DNA of 64,000 nucleotides. Origin: Candidatus Heimdallarchaeum aukensis. Its GTDB lineage: Archaea; Asgardarchaeota; Heimdallarchaeia; Heimdallarchaeales; Heimdallarchaeaceae. The notes below the pieces were generated by a model that worked only from the letters and a program-made list of their open reading frames with translations, was not told the DNA's origin and searched no databases. Within the stretch, counting starts at the first letter, position 1. Each line of letters opens with the position of its first letter. The stretch spans positions 2,368,001-2,432,000 of the forward strand of contig CP084166.1 in the NCBI GenBank assembly GCA_021513695.1, in the 5' to 3' direction. The position numbers were made by a program, and so were the translations under genes. Positions 18,875-27,411 of the stretch are shown piece after piece.

Positions 18875-21037
18875 ATGCAGTATAAGAAAAAAACTTTCTA
18901 TTGTTTGTTATTTATTGGGGTTATATTTACAACTTTGTTCTTGTATCTATACCCATTCAATTCTAAAATAACTTTTGTAAGTGATTATAAAGATTATACA
19001 TATTCATCTAATATTGAGATAGTAAAACAAGATTACACAGAGGATTTTGATAGAGAAATAAGTTTATCAGATTTTCTTACTTATTCAATTGAACCTTATG
19101 TTCTTGATTTTGAAAAAGATCAATCATTCGAATTTTTTGTTATCTCAAATCGTTATAATGAAACTGAAGGAAATAAATTATTTTTACTAAAAGATGCTAG
19201 TATTATGCCTAACTGGCCAATTCAACTAGATGTGGATATTGAGGATGTAGTAGGTCAAGAGACTTATGATAACGAACAAATTGTAATAGTAAGAGCTAAA
19301 GATAAGAATAGTATCAATCAAACCTTATTTTATGGCATAAATAAAAATGGAGACGTGATCAGTTCATTTACAAAAGTAGTAGGAGAAACATTTAGTGGAG
19401 ATACTTTATTTGGTGACATTGATGAGGACGGTCTAAATGAATTTGTGATACATAGTAACTATCAGGTCTTTGTGTATGAAGATGATTTTACATTAAAAGA
19501 GAATTGGCCAAAAGAAACAAATGAGACAATCTTTTCAGAAATTGTTGTGGAAGATGTAAATTTAGATGGAAGAAAGGATATTGTAACCCTAACTGAGCAA
19601 GGACTAATCTTTGTATGGGATTGGAATGGAACATTGTTAAGTCACTTTACTAAAAGGATTGATCTTCTATATTACAAAAATGGGGAAGGATTTAGAGTCA
19701 TGCCCATAGTGACAGACAGTAATAAGGATGGAGTAGTAGAGATTTTCGCTTCATCAACCTTTGGTTATCTCTATTGTCTAGAACTATCTAAAGCAAAAAC
19801 AAGCACTTATTATCAAAAATTACCTAATGCTATTTATAGTTTAAATCAAGCTACTGCTAGCGATATAAACAAGGATGGACTAATTGATATCATACAACCT
19901 TTCTCCGATGGTTTTTATATTTTTAATTTTAATAAAAGCTTGGAAGTTAAGACAAAAGTAGAAGGGTCTTATTCTTTCACGGGAGCTCCTGTACTAGCAG
20001 ATATAAACAAAGATAATACACTGGAACTAATTTTTGTTTCCGACTATCGTTTACTAGTTTTCAATTATACTGGGGTTGAAAATCAAAATTATGAAAGATC
20101 AATCCCCTATGCTTATAGTAATGGAATTTCACCTATTGTATTTGATAGTGATAGTGATAGTGAGATTGAGATAGTCTATTTAAATAATTATGGAAAAATA
20201 AAAATATTCGAAACAAATGATTTTGGATTGCTTCCATGGTTGTTCAAGTATTCTTCTCCTCTACATTCTGTTAATAATGACTATGATAGTGATGGATTGT
20301 TAAATTATGAAGAAGAAATAGTAGGCAGCGACCCTCTAAACTCTGACAGCGATTCTGATACAGTTTATGATGGAGAAGAAGTTAATCAATATGTGATGAA
20401 TCCTATTATTGCTGATTTATCTTTAGATAGTGATGAAGACAATTTAACTAATATTGAAGAAGTAGACATTTATTTAACAAATCCGTTAAATCCAGACAGT
20501 GATTTTGACGGGTTAAAAGATGGAGAGGAAGTACTTATTTATTCAACGAACCCATTATCTATTGATTCAGACGAAGATGGGTTGCCAGATTCTTTTGAAG
20601 TAGAATATACTTTTTTAGATCCAAATGATGCTGATGATGCTCAGTTAGATTATGATGGAGATAATTTGTCAAATTTAGAAGAATACCTTTATGGAACTGA
20701 TCCAAGTAATCCTGATACTGATTCCGATACTCTTTCTGATGGAGATGAAATTTATAGATACTTTACGAATCCTATAGTTCCTGATGCTGATGCTGATTAT
20801 GATGGAGATGGCTTAACCAATGTTGAAGAAGTAGATATTTATCATACTGACCCATCTTCAGCAGATAGCGATGGTGATGGAATAAATGATGGTGAAGAAA
20901 TAGAAAAGGGGTCAGACCCTAATGATCCACAAAGTATACCTAAAACATCAAAAATTCATTTTGATACATTTTTCATGGTAATTTCACTTTTTTCTCTAAT
21001 CTTTGTAATTACTTTAGTAAAAAGGGCAAGGAATTAA
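18875..21037 (+). CDS. Integrin-like surface protein with an N-terminal signal anchor, FG-GAP/beta-propeller repeats, thrombospondin type 3-like Ca-binding repeats and a C-terminal TM anchor
   Basis: Repeated D-x-[DN]-x-D-G-x-x-[DE] units (DIDEDGLNEFVI, DVNLDGRKDIVT, DSNKDGVVEIFA, DINKDGLIDIIQ). C-terminal D-x-D-x-D-G-x-x-D-G-E-E repeats (DSDFDGLKDGEEV, DSDEDGLPDSFEV, DSDGDGINDGEEI). Ends with a TM helix + KRARN. Confidence 0.6.
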   Translation: MQYKKKTFYCLLFIGVIFTTLFLYLYPFNSKITFVSDYKDYTYSSNIEIVKQDYTEDFDREISLSDFLTYSIEPYVLDFEKDQSFEFFVISNRYNETEGNKLFLLKDASIMPNWPIQLDVDIEDVVGQETYDNEQIVIVRAKDKNSINQTLFYGINKNGDVISSFTKVVGETFSGDTLFGDIDEDGLNEFVIHSNYQVFVYEDDFTLKENWPKETNETIFSEIVVEDVNLDGRKDIVTLTEQGLIFVWDWNGTLLSHFTKRIDLLYYKNGEGFRVMPIVTDSNKDGVVEIFASSTFGYLYCLELSKAKTSTYYQKLPNAIYSLNQATASDINKDGLIDIIQPFSDGFYIFNFNKSLEVKTKVEGSYSFTGAPVLADINKDNTLELIFVSDYRLLVFNYTGVENQNYERSIPYAYSNGISPIVFDSDSDSEIEIVYLNNYGKIKIFETNDFGLLPWLFKYSSPLHSVNNDYDSDGLLNYEEEIVGSDPLNSDSDSDTVYDGEEVNQYVMNPIIADLSLDSDEDNLTNIEEVDIYLTNPLNPDSDFDGLKDGEEVLIYSTNPLSIDSDEDGLPDSFEVEYTFLDPNDADDAQLDYDGDNLSNLEEYLYGTDPSNPDTDSDTLSDGDEIYRYFTNPIVPDADADYDGDGLTNVEEVDIYHTDPSSADSDGDGINDGEEIEKGSDPNDPQSIPKTSKIHFDTFFMVISLFSLIFVITLVKRARN

Positions 21038-21047
21038 AAAAATCAAC

Positions 21048-21530
21048 TTAAAATTCCCAAATGTAAGTAACTCCTTGTCCATCATCTTCACAAACAGAAA
21101 CCTTTAAGCTTTTAATGTTTTTTTCGTTGAATTTTTTTTCTTTTATCAATAACTCTGTAAAATATCTACTTAGTTCTTCAACTGTAGTATTTTCAATAGG
21201 TAAAATTTTAACATCCTCTTTTGGGATTTCATATTCTTTATCTAATCTAGGCACTTTAATGATTACTTGTTTATCTGTTTCAATAATCTCTAGATGTTTA
21301 TTATACCTCGGTAAAATGAGGTGATGATCAAGTGAATCAACAACGGGTTGAACTATTCTCTTTATATCATAAAAATTGACCACCATATTGTCTTTAGATT
21401 GCTGTCCAACAATATTTACTTGAACAGTATAATTGTGTCCATGTAATTTTTCAAAAAAGCTTTCTCCAATAACAATATGAGAGCAAGAAAATATGAAATA
21501 CTCCCTGGATAAAAACAAATCATAGCTCAT
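21048..21530 (-). CDS. 6-pyruvoyl-tetrahydropterin synthase / QueD-like (PTPS family)
   Basis: C-x3-H-G-H-x-Y-containing segment CSHIVIGESFFEKLHGHNYTV. Size 160 aa. Confidence 0.55.
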   Translation of the reverse strand: MSYDLFLSREYFIFSCSHIVIGESFFEKLHGHNYTVQVNIVGQQSKDNMVVNFYDIKRIVQPVVDSLDHHLILPRYNKHLEIIETDKQVIIKVPRLDKEYEIPKEDVKILPIENTTVEELSRYFTELLIKEKKFNEKNIKSLKVSVCEDDGQGVTYIWEF

Positions 21531-21612
21531 TTTGTTATAAGTATCCTTCTATTAATTGAATTTTGCTATTGAATACCTTGCTTAATCTTTTCGAATGGGA
21601 GCATATTAGTTT

Positions 21613-22554
21613 TTATAATTCTGCAGATGATAATATTATATTTTCAAGTTCTTGGATTTCTAAGTCAATATCAACTAAAAAAACTAAAAATTCTGACATT
21701 ATTGATGCTAGTTCATTTCTCAACTCTTTTCCAAGTTTTATTAGTTCTTCAACAGAGGAAATATCATCTAAACCCCATGAAAGAACATCACATAATCTTC
21801 CAAGTTGTTCGTCAGGTATTTTCTCTTCTTCTTTTGCTTTACTGTTAGTTGAAATTTGAGAAAGAATTTTTTCTGCAGTATTAATTTCATCTTCAAAAAC
21901 AGTGGTCAATGGATTTATACTCATATCTAACAATTCACGCAAAATCATCTGGGCTTTATCCCCAAGTTCAGCAGCCTGAAAGGAAAGATCTGTTATTTCT
22001 TCTACTTGCTCCTTTTGGAGTTGCACAATTTCATTAGGTTCTGCAAAAAATTTCTGAATATATTCTCTGTTCTTTTCATTAACTAATGATATTTGTTGTC
22101 TAAAACTGGAAGATTCTTCAGACTCTGAAGAGAGGAGAAAATAAATTTCTTGCCATTTACTGTTTAACTTTTCCTTGGTTAAAAACAAGTCCTTTGCTTT
22201 TTCCAAAACATTAATTATTTTCTCTATGATAGCTTCTTTTTCTATCAAACCTTTTGTACGTGCACGAGAAACTTCCTCATTAAATTCTCTGGAAACACTT
22301 TCATTTCCTCGAAGATTCTCTATAAGAGAACTCTGATAATATGTTCTCGCGAGAGAAGCCATAAGTGAAAGAAGCGATGAGCGCAAAGAAAAAAGTGATC
22401 CTTCATCTGAACTCAAAAAAATATCTATATGCTCAAATAAAGAACCCATTTTTTTATATAGTTTACGTATTGGCCTGTAGTTTAAATTGTCGAGAAATTT
22501 ACCTAGTAAGGTCTGTCTCTCTAGAACAGTATCAGTATAATTATGCATTGTCAT
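21613..22554 (-). CDS. Acidic coiled-coil hypothetical protein
   Basis: 313 aa, E/L/K-rich heptad-like sequence. No catalytic motif. Confidence 0.4.
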   Translation of the reverse strand: MTMHNYTDTVLERQTLLGKFLDNLNYRPIRKLYKKMGSLFEHIDIFLSSDEGSLFSLRSSLLSLMASLARTYYQSSLIENLRGNESVSREFNEEVSRARTKGLIEKEAIIEKIINVLEKAKDLFLTKEKLNSKWQEIYFLLSSESEESSSFRQQISLVNEKNREYIQKFFAEPNEIVQLQKEQVEEITDLSFQAAELGDKAQMILRELLDMSINPLTTVFEDEINTAEKILSQISTNSKAKEEEKIPDEQLGRLCDVLSWGLDDISSVEELIKLGKELRNELASIMSEFLVFLVDIDLEIQELENIILSSAEL

Positions 22555-22690
22555 GAGTCCCCAGAAACAATTTTCTCCAGTAGACGATAATATCTACATA
22601 GTCTAATATATTATTTTCCCTACTACAAGTCACTTAATTGTGAAAAGTTTAAATATTTTAAAGAGAAAAAAAAAATTTTAAAAAATAAAG

Positions 22691-23236
22691 TTAGAGTAAT
22701 TTTTTTGTTTTCGCTACATACCAACCTAAAATAGTTGCTCCGTGAATAATCACATTTCTCTGTATCATCTTTTCAACTTCACTTTTTGACAATTCTAAAA
22801 CTTCAATAAACTCATTTTCGTCTAGTTTCTGATTCCCTTCTTTTTCTACGATTGCAAAGTAAAGGTGTCCCCAACTACTACTAAAAGCTACAGGATGCCA
22901 AGTTAATAAAGGTTCAATAGAAAGCACTTTATAACCCGTTTCTTCCCTTACTTCTCTTTTAGCCGAAAGAGTTGGATCTTCTTCTGGTTCTATAAGACCA
23001 GCAGGAATCTCAATACTAACGCTACTCCACGGATATCTGTATTGTTTTATCATAACTATTTTTTCGTCTTTTGTCATGCATATTGTGGCTGTGAAGTTTT
23101 TACTCTCAACAACAGAAAATTCTACTTCTTTGCCTTTTGGATTCTGCACTTTATCATTTCTTACTCTGAGATAATTGTTGGAAAAAACTTCATTTTTATT
23201 TATACATATCCAGTTGCTTATATCCATTAAAATCAC
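22691..23236 (-). CDS. NUDIX hydrolase (ADP-ribose pyrophosphatase-like)
   Basis: Nudix box GLIEPEEDPTLSAKREVREETGY (G-x5-E-x7-REVxEExGY). Confidence 0.75.
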   Translation of the reverse strand: MILMDISNWICINKNEVFSNNYLRVRNDKVQNPKGKEVEFSVVESKNFTATICMTKDEKIVMIKQYRYPWSSVSIEIPAGLIEPEEDPTLSAKREVREETGYKVLSIEPLLTWHPVAFSSSWGHLYFAIVEKEGNQKLDENEFIEVLELSKSEVEKMIQRNVIIHGATILGWYVAKTKKLL

Positions 23237-23272
23237 AATTCCTTAAAAATAAAAAGAAAAAGAAATTTAATT

Positions 23273-24490
23273 TTATTCACTTTCTTTTTTTTGGTTGTGC
23301 TCTTTAATTAGTTTTGTTAATTCTGGAATAATTTTTAGTACATCTCCAATAACTGACAAATTCGCTACTTTAAATATAGGTGCTTCGGGGTCATTGTTTA
23401 CTGCAATTATAACATCAGAGCTTTTCATTCCTACTAGGTGTTGTACTGCTCCAGAAATTCCAAAAGCTAAGTAGAGATTAGGAGAAACGGTTTTTCCTGA
23501 TTGACCAACTTGTCTAGCATGAGGTAACCAACCTATATCCACCAAAGCTCTTGATCCAGATAAAGTCGCACCCATTGCTTCAGCTAGTTCTTGAGCAATT
23601 TTTATATTTTCTTTGCTTTCTATTCCTCTACCGACGGATACAAGTTTATCTGCCTCTTCTATATTTACAACTTCATCTAAAACGTGTATCTCTTCAAGTA
23701 TTTTTGTTCTGATAGAAGAACGTTTAAGGGTCACTTCAAAAATCTCAGTCTCACCTTCTCTTGTTTGATCTTCTTTGGGTTTCTTGAACACATTAGGTCT
23801 TACAGTAGACATCTGAGGACGGGTATATGGAGATAAGATAGATGCCATGATGTTTCCACCAAAGGCAGGTCTTGTTTGAACTAATTGGTTCTCTTCATCA
23901 ATATCTAATCCTGTACAATCAGCTGTTAGACCTAATCCTAATCTCGCAGCTATTCTAGGCGCAAGATCTCTTCCATTGGGTGTTGCTCCATAAAGAACAA
24001 TTGAAGGTTTTTTTGCAGCAATTATGCTTGAGATTACTGTAGCATAACCATCAGTAGTATAAGCACCTAATAATTCATGTTCTGCTAAGATAACTTTATC
24101 TGCACCATGATGGAATAATGTAGGAATTAGTTCTTTAACTTTATATCCGGCTAAAACAACGGTTAATTCTTCATTTAATCTATCTGCAAGTTCTCTTCCT
24201 TTTCCTAATAGTTCCAAGACGACATTCTTGATATGTGGAACGTTTTCTCTTTTCTCCCATTCTCCCCATATGAAAACACCAGTGTATTGAGACAATTGTT
24301 CTTTTGAAATTGTTTTTCTTTCAATAGTTAGTGCTCCATAGGGACAAGCATTAACACATGTTCCACATAAAGTACAATTTTCTAGAACTTTAGCCTTTTT
24401 TGTGTCTGCTGGAACAATTATTGCTCCGAAAGGACAAACTTTTTCGCAAATTCCACAACCAATGCATTTTTCTATATCAACGATTAACAT
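23273..24490 (-). CDS. etfA: Electron transfer flavoprotein alpha subunit with an N-terminal 2x[4Fe-4S] ferredoxin domain (LctC-like)
   Basis: CIGCGICEKVCP and CTLCGTCVNACP clusters, followed by an ETF-alpha FAD-binding domain (…AVQHLVGMKSSDVIIAVNNDPEAPIF). Confidence 0.8.
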   Translation of the reverse strand: MLIVDIEKCIGCGICEKVCPFGAIIVPADTKKAKVLENCTLCGTCVNACPYGALTIERKTISKEQLSQYTGVFIWGEWEKRENVPHIKNVVLELLGKGRELADRLNEELTVVLAGYKVKELIPTLFHHGADKVILAEHELLGAYTTDGYATVISSIIAAKKPSIVLYGATPNGRDLAPRIAARLGLGLTADCTGLDIDEENQLVQTRPAFGGNIMASILSPYTRPQMSTVRPNVFKKPKEDQTREGETEIFEVTLKRSSIRTKILEEIHVLDEVVNIEEADKLVSVGRGIESKENIKIAQELAEAMGATLSGSRALVDIGWLPHARQVGQSGKTVSPNLYLAFGISGAVQHLVGMKSSDVIIAVNNDPEAPIFKVANLSVIGDVLKIIPELTKLIKEHNQKKESE

Positions 24491-24503
24491 TTTTCATCCT
24501 CCT

Positions 24504-25304
24504 TTAAATAAAATTATTAGCTACCAAGAATTCAAAGATCTTCTTTGCTGCAAGTTTAGGTTCCTCTCTTCCATCGATTATTTCTCCTCCACCTTTTTCT
24601 GGAGGGGCAAAAACTTTTGCGACTTGAGTAGGTGAAGCATTTAATCCTACTTTTGTGTCATCTGCTCCAATTTCATCTGCAGACACAATCTCCAAGGGCT
24701 TCTTTCTTGCTTCTAACACTTGTTTCATAGAAGGCATACGGCGAATATTAGATCCTTTACTCATAGTTACCAAAGCAGGCAACCTTGTGGAAACAATTTG
24801 GTATCCTTCTTCAGTCTCACGTTTGACAATTATTTTCTTGTTTTCTAACTTTGTGTTTACTCCATAAGTGATTTGAGGGATAGCAAGATGTTCTGCTGTT
24901 TCAGGTGGTACTTGAGCGGTGTCACCATCAATTGCTTGTTTTCCAGCAAAAATTAAATCAAAGTCAGGAACAAGTTTTTTCACACCTAAAGACAAAGCAT
25001 TTGAAGTTGCCCAAACGTCAGAACCTGCAAATTTTCTGTCAGAGAGTAAATAAGCTTTATCTGCTCCCAGTTCTAAACAACGCATAAGAGCATTTTTGGC
25101 TTGTGGTGGGCCCATGCTTATTGCTATTACTTCTATTTCTTTTTCTGGATATTCTTGTTTGAGTCTAACAGCTTCATCAAGAGCATACTCACAAAAAGGA
25201 TTGAGGATTGAAGCCACTCCTTCTCGAATTAAAGTACCTGTTTCTGGGTTAACAGCGACTTTATCAGCTTCAGGTACTTGTTTAACTAATACAACAATTT
25301 TCAT
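24504..25304 (-). CDS. etfB: Electron transfer flavoprotein beta subunit (LctB-like)
   Basis: MKIVVLVKQVPE… typical ETF-beta N-terminus. Overlaps the upstream gene by one base; same operon. Confidence 0.8.
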   Translation of the reverse strand: MKIVVLVKQVPEADKVAVNPETGTLIREGVASILNPFCEYALDEAVRLKQEYPEKEIEVIAISMGPPQAKNALMRCLELGADKAYLLSDRKFAGSDVWATSNALSLGVKKLVPDFDLIFAGKQAIDGDTAQVPPETAEHLAIPQITYGVNTKLENKKIIVKRETEEGYQIVSTRLPALVTMSKGSNIRRMPSMKQVLEARKKPLEIVSADEIGADDTKVGLNASPTQVAKVFAPPEKGGGEIIDGREEPKLAAKKIFEFLVANNFI

Positions 25305-26944
25305 TATTTTTTCACCTCTATATCAAAAATGTTTCCTGGATTAAGGATACAGTTGGGGTCAATGCTCAATTTTACATGTCGCATTTGATCTACGTTTTCT
25401 TCTCCATACATTATTATCAAGTACTCATGCTTAATTTTACCTATTCCATGCTCTGCAGAAACAGAACCCCCAAACTCTACAGCTTTCTTCGCGAATTTTT
25501 TGTAAAGAAGTTTTCCTTGCTCTAGATCTTCCATGTTCCTTGGGAGAATATTAACATGAACATGATTGTCACCTATATGTCCCCAAATTACATATTCTAA
25601 ACCTGCTTCTTCAAGTGATTCATGATAAAATTTCATCATATCAACTAAGTGTTCATCAGTAACAGACATGTCAGTTCCAAGTTTATGAATCTCAGGGTAG
25701 GTCTTCTTCCTTTCGGCAATTAAGTTATTGACTATTTCTGGTACAGCATGTCTAAAATGCTTGAATCTAGCTCTTTCTCGCTCTTCATAACCACACCAAG
25801 TGTTCTCTAATGAGGAGTTACATTGTTCAAGGAAATCACCAACTTCAGAAATAATAGTTTCTATAGTCTCCTCGTCAAAGGGTAAATCAAAAGATATTGC
25901 TGCTTCTGCAGTTTTAGATATTGTAGGCATATCGACAAATTTTGGATCTTCCTCTTGTTTATTTCTTAACAAAGTTAAAGCGTTTTTATCAAAGTATTCA
26001 ATGAATTCTGGTTTGAAAGTTGATTTTTTACGAAGCAAATCAACAAAATGTAGTGCGTCTATTTCTTTATCAAAAAATGCCACATTAGACATATGACTTT
26101 CATATTCCTTAATCCACAATTCTGCTTCTGTGATTACTCCCAAAATTCCTTCAGAGCCAATAAACAAGTCAATAAGATCCATATCTGGCTTTGCATAAAG
26201 TCCTGCAGCATTTTTTGCCTTAGGCATTTCGTAAGTTGGAATAGTTAACTTGATTTCTCCTTCTTTTGTTTTAATGATAAAATAGCCATCTTTAGCCAAA
26301 TATTTACCTCTTGGAATGTCGAGAACCTCTCCTGTTGGAATGACAACACGAATTCTTCTGACCCACTCTCTTGTAGCTCCATACCTAAAAGAACGGGCAC
26401 CAGAAGCATTAGCAGCGATAGTTCCTCCTACAGCTGCACTAGTTTCTGTTGGATCAATTGGATAGTAATAAGTGTTCAATTCTTTAAATTTCTCAACCCA
26501 ATTCTTTTCGGGAGGAATACTCTGATTTTCTTCGAACTTTTTTAATTTAACAATGTCATTTAGTTCAGATAAGGTAACATTTGGTTCAAGGCGTACAAAC
26601 CATCGTTTTTCCTCTTCATCGTACCCAATTCCTTTTACTGAATTTAACTGTTCGAAGGAAATGATAACTCCACCATAAAGAGGTACAGCTGAACCAACTA
26701 TTCCAGTTCTAGCTGCAGAAATGGTTACTGGTATTTTTTCTTCGTTAAGTTTTTTAATAATTGTAGCTACTTCTTGCTCATTTTTAGGGAAAAAAATCTT
26801 TTCCGCATGTCCTCCGCTTATTTTTGATTCGTCAAATAAATAACCAGGATGAGAAATTCTTATTTCTTCCTCTCCTTCAATGACCCTAATAGTTTCAAGG
26901 GGTACTTCTTCTACTGTTTCAGGGATAACTATATTATTAGTCAT
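25304..26944 (-). CDS. FAD-linked oxidase (GlcD/D-lactate dehydrogenase-like, LctD-like)
   Basis: PCMH-type FAD-binding N-terminus, 546 aa. First gene of the operon with etfB/etfA. Confidence 0.65.
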   Translation of the reverse strand: MTNNIVIPETVEEVPLETIRVIEGEEEIRISHPGYLFDESKISGGHAEKIFFPKNEQEVATIIKKLNEEKIPVTISAARTGIVGSAVPLYGGVIISFEQLNSVKGIGYDEEEKRWFVRLEPNVTLSELNDIVKLKKFEENQSIPPEKNWVEKFKELNTYYYPIDPTETSAAVGGTIAANASGARSFRYGATREWVRRIRVVIPTGEVLDIPRGKYLAKDGYFIIKTKEGEIKLTIPTYEMPKAKNAAGLYAKPDMDLIDLFIGSEGILGVITEAELWIKEYESHMSNVAFFDKEIDALHFVDLLRKKSTFKPEFIEYFDKNALTLLRNKQEEDPKFVDMPTISKTAEAAISFDLPFDEETIETIISEVGDFLEQCNSSLENTWCGYEERERARFKHFRHAVPEIVNNLIAERKKTYPEIHKLGTDMSVTDEHLVDMMKFYHESLEEAGLEYVIWGHIGDNHVHVNILPRNMEDLEQGKLLYKKFAKKAVEFGGSVSAEHGIGKIKHEYLIIMYGEENVDQMRHVKLSIDPNCILNPGNIFDIEVKK

Positions 26945-27050
26945 ACAGAACTCTCCTTAATAAGCTTAAGTAGGAGTGAAACATTCAGTTTAAAAAATTA
27001 ACTCATATCTACGAACAAAAAAATATAAGTTCTAATTTTAATAGACAGAT

Positions 27051-27374
27051 ATGAGCTACTATAAAATAATTACTTTAGTTCCAGAAGAAGTCATCGGGGA
27101 TTTAATGGATGAACTGAATAAAGTGGTAAAGCCCATTTATCCAAATTATGATTATGTTTTTACATATTCAAAAGTAATTAGTACTTGGAGACCACTATCA
27201 GGTTCTAACCCTTTTAAAGGAAAAATAAATCAAATAGAACATTCTTCAGAGATAAAACTAGAAATAAATGTGCATAAAGAAAATATTGATGATGTAATTA
27301 GTACGATTAAAAAAATTCATCCATATGAATGTCCTGTCATTGAGTATTTCGAAATAAGAATTCCAGGTTTCTAA
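27051..27374 (+). CDS. Small CutA1-like / PII-like fold protein (tentative)
   Basis: 107 aa, N-terminus YKIITLVPEE, HPYECP near the C-terminus, resembling the HPYEVP motif of CutA. Weak. Confidence 0.3.
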   Translation: MSYYKIITLVPEEVIGDLMDELNKVVKPIYPNYDYVFTYSKVISTWRPLSGSNPFKGKINQIEHSSEIKLEINVHKENIDDVISTIKKIHPYECPVIEYFEIRIPGF

Positions 27375-27411
27375 CATTTATTATTGAGTTAAAAAAAGAA
27401 TCAAGATGCGA

